A stretch of 32,000 nucleotides of DNA, from positions 1-32,000 of the forward strand of contig NC_014735.1 in assembly GCF_000172995.2 (NCBI RefSeq). Direction: 5' to 3'. The stretch is from Halogeometricum borinquense DSM 11551 (GTDB taxonomy: Archaea; Halobacteriota; Halobacteria; Halobacteriales; Haloferacaceae). The stretch's first letter is position 1. Each line of letters begins with the position of its first letter. This document shows, piece by piece, positions 1 through 9,592 of this stretch. The translations under genes were made by a program, and so were the position numbers. The notes beneath the pieces were generated by a model that worked only from the letters and a program-made list of their open reading frames with translations, was not told where the DNA came from and did no database searches.

Positions 1-89
1 GGCTAGCAGTCGGTGACCAAATACTCAGGGAAAATTAGCTCCCACGACAACGCCCACAGCGCACTTCGAGCGTGCGACACTGGTCGAGG

Positions 90-1040
90 TCACAGTGGAG
101 TCTCAACTGGAGATTCAACCACGGATTCAGATGACTCGGTCTCTGACTCGGTATACGCCGAAAAGATATCCTCTAGTGAGGCAGTCTCGGTCTCGAATCG
201 TTGTGGGGTAGCTCCCAAGCGGTCAAGATGGTTAAGCGCATCAAGATGACGTCCATGCGCGCACTGAACACGAAGCGTCGTGCCGCTGACCTCGAGGTTT
301 TCGATCCCGTCGAGTGTCGTCAACGAGTCGATATCGTCGGGGACGTGATCGACCGAAACCTGTAGTATGGTGTTGTCTCCGACTGCATTACGAAGCGAGT
401 CAATCGAATCAATCGCCAAAAGCGAGCCCTCATTGAGAATACCGACGCGATCGCAGACCGATTCCACTTGAGCAAGGCGATGGCTGGAAAAGAAGATTGT
501 TGCGCCCCGGGCGCGTTCGTCCCTGATGAATTCTCGCATCAACCGAATGCCGTTCGGGTCGAGCCCGGTCGTTGGCTCATCGAGCAACAGTAGATCGGGC
601 TCGCCGGCGGCTGCCATTGAAAGTAAGAGTCGCTGGCGCATCCCTCGAGAATAGCCAGTCGCGACGCGGTCGGCGTCTTCAAGTAGGCCAAACCGATCGA
701 GTAACGCATCGGGGTCGTCGTCAACGTTCCGAGAGTCAAGCTCGAACTCGACGTGGTCTCGGCCGGTCCAGTCAGGCATTACTTCGTATCCGTCTGGCAC
801 AACGCCGGTACGTTGACGAATTGCCGTCGCATTCTCTGTTGGATCAATCCCAAACACTGACGCCGACCCCGATGTCGGATAAATAAACCCGAGTAGGATG
901 TCGATTGTGGTAGATTTTCCAGAACCGTTGGGTCCCAGAAAGCCGAAGACTTCTCCGTTCTCGATGGACATCTCGAGCGAATCGAGCGCGGTGGTCTCAC
1001 CGTAACGTTTCGTTAACGAATGAGTTTCGATAGGATTCAT
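90..1040 (-). CDS. ABC transporter ATP-binding protein
   Basis: 316-aa ORF with Walker A GPNGSGKST, ABC signature YSRGMRQRL, Walker B LLLLDEPTTGLD and H-loop SSHRL. Acidic C-terminal tail. Confidence 0.9.
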   Translation of the reverse strand: MNPIETHSLTKRYGETTALDSLEMSIENGEVFGFLGPNGSGKSTTIDILLGFIYPTSGSASVFGIDPTENATAIRQRTGVVPDGYEVMPDWTGRDHVEFELDSRNVDDDPDALLDRFGLLEDADRVATGYSRGMRQRLLLSMAAAGEPDLLLLDEPTTGLDPNGIRLMREFIRDERARGATIFFSSHRLAQVESVCDRVGILNEGSLLAIDSIDSLRNAVGDNTILQVSVDHVPDDIDSLTTLDGIENLEVSGTTLRVQCAHGRHLDALNHLDRLGATPQRFETETASLEDIFSAYTESETESSESVVESPVETPL

Positions 1041-1160
1041 CTACCTATCCGTTAGTGTTGAAAACGTATCAATTTGACTGTGAACGGTTATTTGACTTAG
1101 GTTGGTATGGGTCCGACAGAAGGAGAATTGGCAGTAAACTAATGGGGAACCCAAACGCAT

Positions 1161-2117
1161 ATGATGATATTCACACTATATATGCTAGAAGGAATGTATC
1201 TGAATCGAGAGAACAGTAAGTATCGGTTCCGGGGTATCGCTAAGCGATTTCCGCTGGCGACTCGGCACTTCAAGACGAAACTGAAGAACCGTTACTACTG
1301 GCTGTATGGGTTCATCATATTTGTAGCCGGAATGGGTGCGGCAACCGACCTCTTATTCAATCCGGCAAGTGGTTATCAAGGTGGAAGCGCGTATGTGATT
1401 GCTACTTTTGCCTGGGCAATCAGGCTTTTCGGTATTCTCGGAGCTAGTGTTGCAGGGTACTCATTGGTAACGGGTGATCAAGCAAGTGGACGGATCCGAT
1501 TAATACTGAAACTTCCACATACGCGGTGGAAGTACGTTTTCGAGAAGTTCCTCGGTGAGGGCCTCGCGCTTATTACGGTGACCTCGCTTGCAACGATCAC
1601 AGGATTCGCCATCTCGACAATTCTCTATGGTCCACCGCCTGTCCTTCCTGCTGTTGAGGTCTTAATTGTTCAAGAAGGATTTCTGCTTGTCTGGCTCTCG
1701 ATTGCGACGGCGACCTCAATGGCTGTTAAGACCAGTCGTCGAGCTATTGCTGTTCCGGTGGCGCTCTACCTTTCTGCATGGGCTTGGAAGCGCGTTATGA
1801 ATTCGATCTTGCGTGGGATCGGGGAACAATCAATTGCCGTTCGCCTCTTCGCGTACCGACTGGAACCGTCTCGTGCTTATAATGTTACCGTAAACTGGAT
1901 TTTCAATCTTCCAAACTCGGACTTGATGGCGCCGCTTCTGATGGAACACGTTGATCCGAATGGATCTACAATAATCGGCCCTCGTATCGTTTCAGAACTT
2001 GTCGGCGACGTTCCGTGGTTTCTTTCGGAATGGGTATCGGCTCTCGTACTCGTGTTATGGGGAACCGTTCCAATGCTCCTCGCCTACCGCCGGTTTGCAA
2101 CAACTGACATCGCGTGA
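1161..2117 (+). CDS. Polytopic membrane protein, possible ABC-2-type permease partner of the divergent ATPase
   Basis: 318-aa ORF with several long hydrophobic segments, divergent from the ABC ATPase across 120 nt. The start codon is uncertain (ATG-rich N-terminus). No diagnostic motif recognised. Confidence 0.55.
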   Translation: MMIFTLYMLEGMYLNRENSKYRFRGIAKRFPLATRHFKTKLKNRYYWLYGFIIFVAGMGAATDLLFNPASGYQGGSAYVIATFAWAIRLFGILGASVAGYSLVTGDQASGRIRLILKLPHTRWKYVFEKFLGEGLALITVTSLATITGFAISTILYGPPPVLPAVEVLIVQEGFLLVWLSIATATSMAVKTSRRAIAVPVALYLSAWAWKRVMNSILRGIGEQSIAVRLFAYRLEPSRAYNVTVNWIFNLPNSDLMAPLLMEHVDPNGSTIIGPRIVSELVGDVPWFLSEWVSALVLVLWGTVPMLLAYRRFATTDIA

Positions 2118-2905
2118 GCGAAAAAAAAATAAGCTTCCAATGATTGGATTTTTGGTGCTGATCGTGGTCGAGTTGACAACAATGTGAACCATCTCAGGGA
2201 GCGTCGCGTCTGCTGTGGCCTGTACTGATAAACTCTTCAGAAAGAGGAGTATGACAGAACAGGTATTTTCGGCCGGGTAGCCGTGATCAACTGACCAGCC
2301 TGAACAGACACACTGCATCGTGCTAGCGCGGGAGACATCACCCCCAAAACTGTTATGTATTCTATAATTACAATAGTATTCTTGTCACGCTCATATTTTC
2401 CAGCCAGTCTGGAATTCTGATTGTGAGCTGTAGAATTGTATTCTGGCAATGAGATTATTGTGACAGCATGACTATTGATAAACAAATATGATACCGATGC
2501 AACATTCGTCAGTAATCAACATCGTTCTCTCCTAGGCAGAACAAGCTCAAGACACGCTTACAATAGATGAACGAGAACTGCTTCGCCAAGAAGTGTCTTC
2601 ACACAACACATTTCATCTGTATCTGTGTTCGTTCCAATAGAACAGAGAACTACCAAAGATTCGCGCACCGTGGTCATTAACAATCCATCACAAGTACGTC
2701 AATAAATATACAAACACTCGCTACAGGCTTATTTCAAAATGTAGAACAGGTTTTAATATTATAAAAGATGCTTATCGGAGATATGGTCCCTGACACGAAT
2801 GAACTTGGCCTTCGAAATTGGAGAAGAAAGCTGGGTAAGAGAAGCTGAACCAACGGAAAACGAGATGAATAACACTTATGTAGATAAACCATAAGTATCA
2901 ATTTA

Positions 2906-3394
2906 ATGTCCTCTCGTAGGAGAGTTCTAAAGGGAATAGCGGCATCAGGTATTTTCTTCTCAGGTTGTAGCGGACCCGCAGTTACTCAGCCAGAACTCCG
3001 TCGGGACTTGGGCTTCCGTCGAAAGAGAAAATTCCACGTCAATCAGACAGATATAGATGCAAACCGTCCACTGGTTAACGGGTATTTAATTGATAATGAA
3101 GAGGATGCGTCAAACCTCAACTGGGATATGCTTCTGAATCGAACGGCAAAACCATATCAACAGACAAATTATTCCTCTGATTTCCTCATCCTTCTAGTTG
3201 GTCTCGTCGATGCGGGGAATCAAATTTCAACTAATCAATGGGATTTTGAGCTTGATGATCAAGCAATGACTTTCAGACTAGAAATAACAGGGGAGTCAAC
3301 TGAGCCAGATGAGCCAATTTATTCATACAGACTTCAGAGATGGAGTGACGGAACTCTTACTAACACCAACTCAGTCGAAACTACTCTCGTGTGA
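2906..3394 (+). CDS. Tat-signal lipoprotein, function unknown
   Basis: The N-terminus MSSRRRVLKGIAASGIFFSGC combines a twin-arginine motif, a hydrophobic stretch and a lipobox Cys. The mature part is acidic. Confidence 0.6.
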   Translation: MSSRRRVLKGIAASGIFFSGCSGPAVTQPELRRDLGFRRKRKFHVNQTDIDANRPLVNGYLIDNEEDASNLNWDMLLNRTAKPYQQTNYSSDFLILLVGLVDAGNQISTNQWDFELDDQAMTFRLEITGESTEPDEPIYSYRLQRWSDGTLTNTNSVETTLV

Positions 3395-3679
3395 AATTAT
3401 TTTCGCCAATTACGAGGAGAAGATAGCCAACACTCGATAGAACGTTGAACAGATAGTCACCGTAGACGACATTACCTTATAAACAAGATACGATATACGA
3501 TAGTATACCGGTAACAATACTTAGATAATACATCGGTTTATGAGATCATATTCGTGTGATTGAGAATCATAACTACCATTTTTGATCCTAATATCTGAAT
3601 AAAGTGGTAAACAGGCATTCTTGGCACTGTCTAGTTAACAGTTTGAGGAACGAGAAGGTCGTTGAGTTAGTTGGTCAAA

Positions 3680-4470
3680 ATGCTCGCAGACCTGCTCAGC
3701 GAGTGCTTTGCCACGGATTTAGAAGAAGCATGGGAACGTGATCGGACGGCGACGTCCCAAACTCGCGACGCGAGTTTGTGGGCTCGAAAGACGCTTTCGT
3801 CTTTCGAACGTTGACGAGACGCGAAGCGTCTCGTTCGCACACCAGAAATCTCCGATTTCTGGGGACGCCCGTCAAGGCGTTCGCCGTCCAACTCCACGCG
3901 ATCGGCTGTTCACTCAGAGAGACAAAAGAAATTCTTCGATTGCTCGGTATTGAACGTTATTATCAACCTTTTTAGCAATAGGTACATTTGCTGGCTGACA
4001 GCGGTCATAACCCGTGAGGCGAAGCCGAAGCGGGTTGCAGTTGACGAGGCCGCTGTCAAAATCAATGGCGAGTGGTCTTGGTTGTACGCTGCAATAGACA
4101 CCGAGACAAAGCTGATTCTTGACGTCGAGTTGTTTGGACGTCATGGTACCGATCCGGCCGCTGCGTTATCCATCGACTCTCGGAGAAACACGATTTCTCA
4201 GACGCTGTGTTTCTTGTTGATGGCTACGGCTATCAGACTACCCTCTCTCGGTTAGGATCGAGCGGTCAGCTTGACTACGTTGAGCGAAACCTCATCGAAG
4301 AGTGGTTTCTGCTTCCATAATTCGTGTGGGCAATCATGCAAGCGCCCGCGAGTGATTCATTCAATTTGCGCAATACTATAACATCTAACGACTGCATCAA
4401 GTGCTCGATGGACGAACACCGGTTGAAGAGGTCACTATCCCATCTTCCAAGGTTGTGGGAAGCCACTAAC
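3680..4470 (+). pseudogene. Decayed IS6-family transposase gene
   Basis: Pieces in three frames: MLADLLSECFATDLEEAWERDRTAT; PVKAFAVQLHAIGCSLRETKEILRLLGIERYYQ; KPKRVAVDEAAVKINGEWSWLYAAIDTETKLILDVELFGRHGTDPAAA; IHRLSEKHDFSDAVFLVDGYGYQTTLSRLGSSGQLDYVERNLIEEWF; FIQFAQYYNI*RLHQVLDGRTPVEEVT. There are several frameshifts, in-frame stops and a 113-nt insertion. The family call rests on recalled similarity to haloarchaeal IS6 transposases. Confidence 0.85.
3755..3863. mobile_element. MITE-like array of four stem-loops inserted into the IS6 transposase ORF
   Basis: Stem-loops lie at 3756-3782 (imperfect), 3784-3807 (10-bp stem), 3814-3834 (9-bp stem) and 3842-3862 (9-bp stem). A GACG direct repeat flanks the array at 3751-3754 and 3864-3867. 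Removing 3755-3867 restores the reading frame. Confidence 0.5.
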
Positions 4471-4594
4471 TTCGGAATTCGATTCTGTTTCATGCTTTGT
4501 TTTCATTATTTTCCAGATTTGACACTTTATTAGTCATTGAAAGCCTCAACATCCGACCCAAAAATTATTAGTGTCAAGTAGTAATAATATTGAT

Positions 4595-5041
4595 ATGGTC
4601 TCACCGCTCCCTACCCGCACCCTCCAGACAGAATGGCGATTCGCGCTTATCGGCGCACTAGCCTCGCTGCCCGTCGCTGCCGTTGTGAACTCGCTACCGA
4701 ACTCGGAGGCAACCCTCGGTGGCGGTGTCATGATAATCGGAGCGTTCATCGGGGGAGCTATCGCCGCAATCCGCTCGGCATCCCCGGATGCTGCAGGACT
4801 TCGTGCTGGGTTCCTTGGTGGCGTCATCGCAGTACTCACGTTCATTGTGACAGTAGTCAGTGCCGCGAGCAGTGGTACGGTGGCAGCATGGACACTATCC
4901 AGAATCGTATTCTGGGTCGCCGGTGGAGTATTGGTCCTCTGCGTCGCCCCCATATTCGGTCTGGGATGCGGGCGTGTCGGTGGATGGGCGGCAAACACCG
5001 TCTCCTCACGATGGGCAACCGGCGCAAACGCGTCAAAATAA
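4595..5041 (+). CDS. Small integral membrane protein (DUF5518-like, Gly/Ala-rich TM helices)
   Basis: Three or four hydrophobic segments in this frame. The other two overlapping ORFs in this GC-rich stretch are Arg/Pro-rich shadows. A GTG at 4571 is an alternative start. Confidence 0.6.
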   Translation: MVSPLPTRTLQTEWRFALIGALASLPVAAVVNSLPNSEATLGGGVMIIGAFIGGAIAAIRSASPDAAGLRAGFLGGVIAVLTFIVTVVSAASSGTVAAWTLSRIVFWVAGGVLVLCVAPIFGLGCGRVGGWAANTVSSRWATGANASK

Positions 5042-5134
5042 TCCTACGACAGACTGCTAAATATCGTTTCAGTACTGACCAAAGTTAGAGGGTAAGCTCG
5101 AATTCTAGCGGGCCTATCCTAATCCCCAATACAT

Positions 5135-5284
5135 CTACTGCTCTTCATCAGGTTCTGTAACGCGCCCGTCACGGTCGGCCTCAATGAGTTCACGAAGTCG
5201 AGTATCGAGCGACTTCGAGCGTGGAACGGTATCTTTCCAAGTCTCCCAAACCTCATCATCAATCTCGAAACTGTATGTGGTCAT
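5135..5284 (-). CDS. Small acidic protein, possible ribbon-helix-helix/CopG-like
   Basis: Internal ATG at 5284 gives MTTYSFEIDDEVWETWKDTVPRSKSLDTRLRELIEADRDGRVTEPDEEQ (49 aa). The upstream part of the 96-aa ORF is non-acidic and AT-rich. Divergent from the 5417 operon. Confidence 0.5.
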   Translation of the reverse strand: MTTYSFEIDDEVWETWKDTVPRSKSLDTRLRELIEADRDGRVTEPDEEQ

Positions 5285-5416
5285 CCCGTTAACTCTCCCT
5301 GAGTATTTGTGACTATATCTAAGTTCTGGCCACAGTTCCTTAACAGTACTCACTACCTCTAAATTGGATTCAGTAAAATTAAGTGTAGTTGCAGACAGGC
5401 TACATATGAGAGTGCA

Positions 5417-5995
5417 ATGAGTCAAGAAAGAAGTTGGATGAAGATCGGAGCCGCTGTCGCGGTGTTCTTCATTTTACTCAATATCGTCTCCTACGTTTGG
5501 TTCCCTTTCCTGCCGTGGACTGAGCAACGGCAGGCGGGCGAAGAGATTGTCGAACAACAGATGGACGCAGAGAAGGCACTCGAAAACTACCGCTGGTTCC
5601 GTTCGCAGTATCACGACATCGAAGCACAGCGCGAGCAGGTCGAAAACAGCTACGACGAGCTTGAACGGTTCTACGAGATTCAAGGTAAAGACCCAGGCGA
5701 CTGGAGCCGAGAGGCCGAGGTACGTCACGGGAGAATCCAAGAACGCATCACAGGTAACCAAAATATGCTTGAAAGCATGGTAGCAGAGTACAACGCTCGG
5801 AGCGACGATGCGACGCGGTCGGTTTTCAAGTGTAATCTCCCGTACAGCGTCGATGATCGATTTGCAATTACTGGTCCGCCGGGAAGCGACGCTCCCGACC
5901 AACCACAGGACAAGTACGTTGACGGTGCAGATCCGGACAAAGAACCCCCGAAGCCTGAGGAGTGCGATGCACTGCCTGAGGAGGTGAACGCATGA
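5417..5995 (+). CDS. N-terminally membrane-anchored coiled-coil protein, unknown function
   Basis: 192 aa with one N-terminal TM segment (IGAAVAVFFILLNIVSYVWFPFL), then a charged helical region and a Pro/Asp-rich tail. Its stop overlaps the next start (ATGA at 5992-5995). Confidence 0.7.
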   Translation: MSQERSWMKIGAAVAVFFILLNIVSYVWFPFLPWTEQRQAGEEIVEQQMDAEKALENYRWFRSQYHDIEAQREQVENSYDELERFYEIQGKDPGDWSREAEVRHGRIQERITGNQNMLESMVAEYNARSDDATRSVFKCNLPYSVDDRFAITGPPGSDAPDQPQDKYVDGADPDKEPPKPEECDALPEEVNA

Positions 5996-6654
5996 ATCGA
6001 AAGAAGATCCTACTCGCGGTATCGGCAGTCGCATTGATCGCCCTCGCAGGGTGCGGAGGCGGTGGACCATCTGGTGAAAAACTCGGGCAGGATACCGGAC
6101 AAGATATCTCGAACGTCTCCCTGGGGGAGTCGTACATGTACGAGGTGAAAATAACCGAGAAAAACCAGTACGGGCTCGTCCAAAAGCGACCACCGTTCAT
6201 CATGGAAGACTCGCTTGAGCGTCAAAACCTCATCAAGCGATATGAGTACCTGAACGACAAGAATAACGTCCACCACGTCTACATGATGTCCAACGATGGG
6301 AAGGTCATCAACTACGAAGTCGCACAAGGAAAGGTCTCGTCAGTCAACAGCAAACTGACGAACGACCTCCAGCCGGTTCGAATCCCGGGCTGTGACGCAC
6401 ACAAGAGCGGAAACGACTGTTGGAAAGTGGTCGAGTCACCGCAAATGGATGGCTCATACGGTAAGAACGGCGACGCGATTTTCTTCTTCACGACCGACGG
6501 CCACTACGTCGAATGGAACGGGCTGTACGTCGTGAGCGAAGAGCCAAAGAACATCCAGACGCAGGTCTCGCTCGTTGACATCGACGACAGTTCCAACTCC
6601 GACGACTCCTCGGAGGAGACCACAAACGAAACGGCGAACAACAGCACATCATGA
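5992..6654 (+). CDS. Secreted lipoprotein, unknown function
   Basis: Signal peptide MNRKKILLAVSAVALIALAGC with a lipobox LAGC, followed by a GGGG linker. The C-terminal tail is Ser/Asp/Asn-rich. ATGA overlap with the next gene at 6651-6654. Confidence 0.8.
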   Translation: MNRKKILLAVSAVALIALAGCGGGGPSGEKLGQDTGQDISNVSLGESYMYEVKITEKNQYGLVQKRPPFIMEDSLERQNLIKRYEYLNDKNNVHHVYMMSNDGKVINYEVAQGKVSSVNSKLTNDLQPVRIPGCDAHKSGNDCWKVVESPQMDGSYGKNGDAIFFFTTDGHYVEWNGLYVVSEEPKNIQTQVSLVDIDDSSNSDDSSEETTNETANNSTS

Positions 6655-7127
6655 AGCGTCGGACGTTCATCACCGGGGCAGTCGGTGTCGGAGTTATTGC
6701 CGTTGGTGGAACGTCAGCCGCGTACGTCTTCGATCAGAGCAAAGAAAACTCAAAAGAGAAGGTCGCAAAAGACGTCCCTGAGAGCGTTGAAGAAGTCAAG
6801 CCGCTCGCAGAGGCATTTCACAAGCGAATTTCACCGCACTTCGACGATGTTCGTGTGTTCATCTCCCGCGACGGCGAGATCATCATGGAATACGCGACGA
6901 ACACGAAAAGCCAGAGTGCACTCAACACGGAGTTCAGCCAAATTGCAGCAGAGTACGCTGATGTAGCTGCTGACTACAAACCGACGACGCTTTCGATGGT
7001 CACCGGACCAGTTCAGGGAATCGTTCCCGTGTCGTCGCTTAAGGCCTACCTCCGCGACGATATTAACAAGAAAGCGTTCCTCCAGACAATACAGGTGACT
7101 GACGTTGAGCGAAACAACAACCGCTGA
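6651..7127 (+). CDS. Tat-signal or N-terminally anchored extracytoplasmic protein, unknown function
   Basis: The N-terminus MKRRTFITGAVGVGVIAVGGTSAAYVF is a twin-arginine-like motif plus a hydrophobic segment. The body is acidic. Confidence 0.75.
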   Translation: MKRRTFITGAVGVGVIAVGGTSAAYVFDQSKENSKEKVAKDVPESVEEVKPLAEAFHKRISPHFDDVRVFISRDGEIIMEYATNTKSQSALNTEFSQIAAEYADVAADYKPTTLSMVTGPVQGIVPVSSLKAYLRDDINKKAFLQTIQVTDVERNNNR

Positions 7128-7401
7128 ACCACAAACTACACAGGAACGAAAGCTCGCATCTGGCTGTGAGAGACGCCACTGTGACCGAGAAATATTCGAC
7201 GAAGCCCGAGTGACCGTGTCTGTCGGCGACATCGAACAGCAGTGGTGTCCGCAATGTGTGCAAGACGAAATGGGACTCGATTACGCTGCGTACGAAAACG
7301 AACAAGAGTCCCCCATGCGATATATCTCAGCACAGACGGTTACTGCGTTTCTCGCAGGGGCAGCGATCATGCTCCTGATCAGTTCCATACTGATCGTGTG
7401 A
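7105..7401 (+). CDS. Tail-anchored zinc-ribbon-like protein
   Basis: 98-aa ORF with Cys pairs GCERRHC and CPQC and a C-terminal TM segment TVTAFLAGAAIMLLISSILIV. Only a TTG start is available, and it overlaps the upstream gene by 23 nt. Confidence 0.45.
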   Translation: MSETTTAEPQTTQERKLASGCERRHCDREIFDEARVTVSVGDIEQQWCPQCVQDEMGLDYAAYENEQESPMRYISAQTVTAFLAGAAIMLLISSILIV

Positions 7402-7608
7402 GAGACGCCCTGTCTCTGTAGCTTCTTTTTTGCCCAACCAAGAACCGTAGGAGTTGTACTTCGGTCACGTACGTGCCACGTAGAGAAGGATAGTGAAATC
7501 CCGTTCAGCGATACCGATGCTAGCTACTTACCACAAAATGAGATATGTTATTCTATCCCAATGAGAATCGGCACTGGCTTCATAATGACGCACATCAAAT
7601 TGTGGTAT

Positions 7609-8031
7609 ATGTACACAAACATCCTTGTCCCGACAGACGGAAGCGACCTCGCAGAACGCGGCCTTGAACACGGAATGGAACTTGCTCGAGAGCACGGTGC
7701 CCACCTCCACATCCTCTTCGTCGTCGACGAATCCGTTTACGGAAGTACACCCGCACTCAGCAGCTACGAGGCATTTCTAGACAAAATGGCCGACGATGCC
7801 GAAGACCTTGCAGAGGACTTCATCGAGGAGGCCACCGAGCAAGGTATCGACTCAACTATGTCAGTTCTTCGGGGCGTGCCTCACGAGGAGATCTTGAACT
7901 ATACCCAAGAAAACAATATCGACGCTATCGTTATGGGCAAACGCGGAGCGGCCGGCGTTGGATACCCACACATCGGTTCAGTTACCGACCGCGTTATCCG
8001 AGAGGCAGAGGTTCCAGTTATCCCGGTATAA
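7609..8031 (+). CDS. Universal stress protein (UspA family)
   Basis: MYTNILVPTDGSDLAERGLEHGMELA...IVMGKRGAAGVGYPHIGSVTDRVIREAEVPVIPV is typical Usp architecture with the ATP-binding G-x2-G-x9-G(S/T) region. ATG at 7609. Confidence 0.9.
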   Translation: MYTNILVPTDGSDLAERGLEHGMELAREHGAHLHILFVVDESVYGSTPALSSYEAFLDKMADDAEDLAEDFIEEATEQGIDSTMSVLRGVPHEEILNYTQENNIDAIVMGKRGAAGVGYPHIGSVTDRVIREAEVPVIPV

Positions 8032-8057
8032 TCCACTCACCAAACTCGTTTATTCAG

Positions 8058-8250
8058 TTAGCTGCCAACGACACGACCGTATTCCTCTCGTTACATATCC
8101 TCCCAGTCGTCAGCAAACTTGCGACTGAAGTCGGACTCCTCTACGATGGAGAATTAGTCGCCGAGGGTCCTCCAGAGATGCTCATAGAACGATGGGAAAC
8201 CGGCGAAGAAAGTACGCCCGAGGATGTCTTCCTCGAAGTAACGACCGATA
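8058..8250 (+). pseudogene. C-terminal fragment of an ABC transporter ATPase
   Basis: Translates to TTVFLSLHILPVVSKLATEVGLLYDGELVAEGPPEMLIERW...EDVFLEVTTD, which covers the H-loop through the C-terminus only. There is no Walker A/B region upstream; the uspA stop lies at 8031. Confidence 0.6.
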
Positions 8251-8327
8251 GATCCTATAACACTGATGAATCCCCAGAACCGCGGAAGGAAGTCAGATGT
8301 GAGTGTTACGTCAGCACAACATTCTAT

Positions 8328-9269
8328 TTACGCTTCCACATCTGTAACCCGATGTTCAAAGAGTCGTTCACCCGTTTCCTCACAGGTGACGGCAAACACT
8401 TTATGTGTGCTACAACAGGATTCAACAACTTCCTCACCGATCTGAATGTCTCCCCCCGTCGTGGGACACGTTTCCAGGAACATTCGAAGGCTATTGAGGA
8501 CCTGTCCCTTTTTCTGCGGTTCGTAGGTGTCCCAACTGGGGATCTGAGATTGGAGAACACGACTGGCAGCAATGTCTGCGATGAGCGCAGGACGAGACGG
8601 CCACTGGCCGATCCGTCTCGATTCAGATTTCAGGAGACGGGCTTCGTCCTGAGTAACGAGGTCGAACTGACGGTCATCATCTTCAAGTCCGAAAGCTTCA
8701 ACGACCGCTTCCGTAGAAACCTCCTCGTCAGCAAGTGTCTCAATCTCCTCAAACCACGCCGCCTCGAACGATTCGGTGAGACAGAGATCATCCGCATCTG
8801 CACACAGTTCCAGAATCCCGTGAGCGACGAAGAAGTCTTCAAGGTCATCCGAAGATGACAACTGCTCAGCAGTGGTTGAGTCAGTATCGCTCGTCGTTGC
8901 ATCCTCCATCGTCGCTGCTTCGTCGGTTTGCGTAGCCCCCTGAGCGGCGTCCGTCGTCGATTCGTCCGCTGCGTCAAGACCATCGAATCCGGTTGCAATG
9001 TCGGGTTCTGTGTCTTTTCCGAACCACCGAAGGATAGTCGGCGGAAGATACTGCTTTGTTAACGTCGGCGTTCCCGGAATAAGGTATCCGCGGAGATAGA
9101 TTAACCCGACAGAAACAGAAACAGCGACCCATCCACCAAGTTTCGATTTGCGTGCGACGAGTGAGCCGAGTAATGCGGCGATAACGAGATTCAACACAGT
9201 ACAAGGCTCACACCTGTTTTCTCCGGTATATTCGGACTGACGGAGGGTGTCAACTATGTCAACTTTCAT
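8328..9269 (-). CDS. Hypothetical protein with two N-terminal TM segments and an acidic C-terminal domain
   Basis: 318-aa ORF; the start is probably MKVDIV at 9269. It has an N-terminal Cys pair (CEPC), TM helices and an Asp/Glu/Thr-rich linker. The C-terminus carries Cys motifs (ETCPTTGG, ESCCSTH). Confidence 0.7.
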   Translation of the reverse strand: MKVDIVDTLRQSEYTGENRCEPCTVLNLVIAALLGSLVARKSKLGGWVAVSVSVGLIYLRGYLIPGTPTLTKQYLPPTILRWFGKDTEPDIATGFDGLDAADESTTDAAQGATQTDEAATMEDATTSDTDSTTAEQLSSSDDLEDFFVAHGILELCADADDLCLTESFEAAWFEEIETLADEEVSTEAVVEAFGLEDDDRQFDLVTQDEARLLKSESRRIGQWPSRPALIADIAASRVLQSQIPSWDTYEPQKKGQVLNSLRMFLETCPTTGGDIQIGEEVVESCCSTHKVFAVTCEETGERLFEHRVTDVEA

Positions 9270-9592
9270 CCGAATAAGGCACACGAACTCAGTTATTATC
9301 TATTTTTCCCGTACGTAGAGTACGATACTTCCACGTGGTGAGAGGATCGAACCGCCCATCAGCAACAGCAGTATCGACCACTCTTACACCCACAAGGACG
9401 CATTATCTCGCTACCGAGTGATTACCGCCAGTTAGACACAACATAGTCCAAAGAGCTAATGCTCAAATTGAGAAAATCAACTATGACATGGATAGAGGCG
9501 TAATTGAAGAATATCTGAATATATTAACTAGATAGTTCCTGAGCTTCTGAAGGCACACTGTTACAAACCGAATCTGGGGTTATGTGTAGTGA

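Noticed and set aside
5474-6193. 239-aa minus-strand ORF, and 5868..6203
   Set aside because: Arg/Cys/Leu-rich basic translations antisense to two well-supported, translationally coupled plus-strand genes. These are typical shadow ORFs.
6375-6385. Perfect tRNA T-loop-like string GGTTCGAATCC
   Set aside because: It lies inside the well-supported lipoprotein CDS (encoding PVRIPG). The flanks cannot form an acceptor, D or anticodon arm.
8178-8858. 226-aa plus-strand ORF
   Set aside because: Only its first roughly 25 codons belong to the ABC ATPase remnant. The rest is an antisense shadow of the better-supported acidic minus-strand gene 8328-9269, and its composition is Arg/Phe/Cys-rich and non-halophilic.
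9336-9357. Minus-strand GGGCGGTTCGATCCTCTCACCA, resembling a tRNA 3' end, as a possible integration att remnant
   Set aside because: The T-stem pairing is poor. Only one nucleotide separates the would-be T-arm from CCA, so there is no acceptor strand, and no cloverleaf can be drawn from the upstream 75 nt. This is probably chance.
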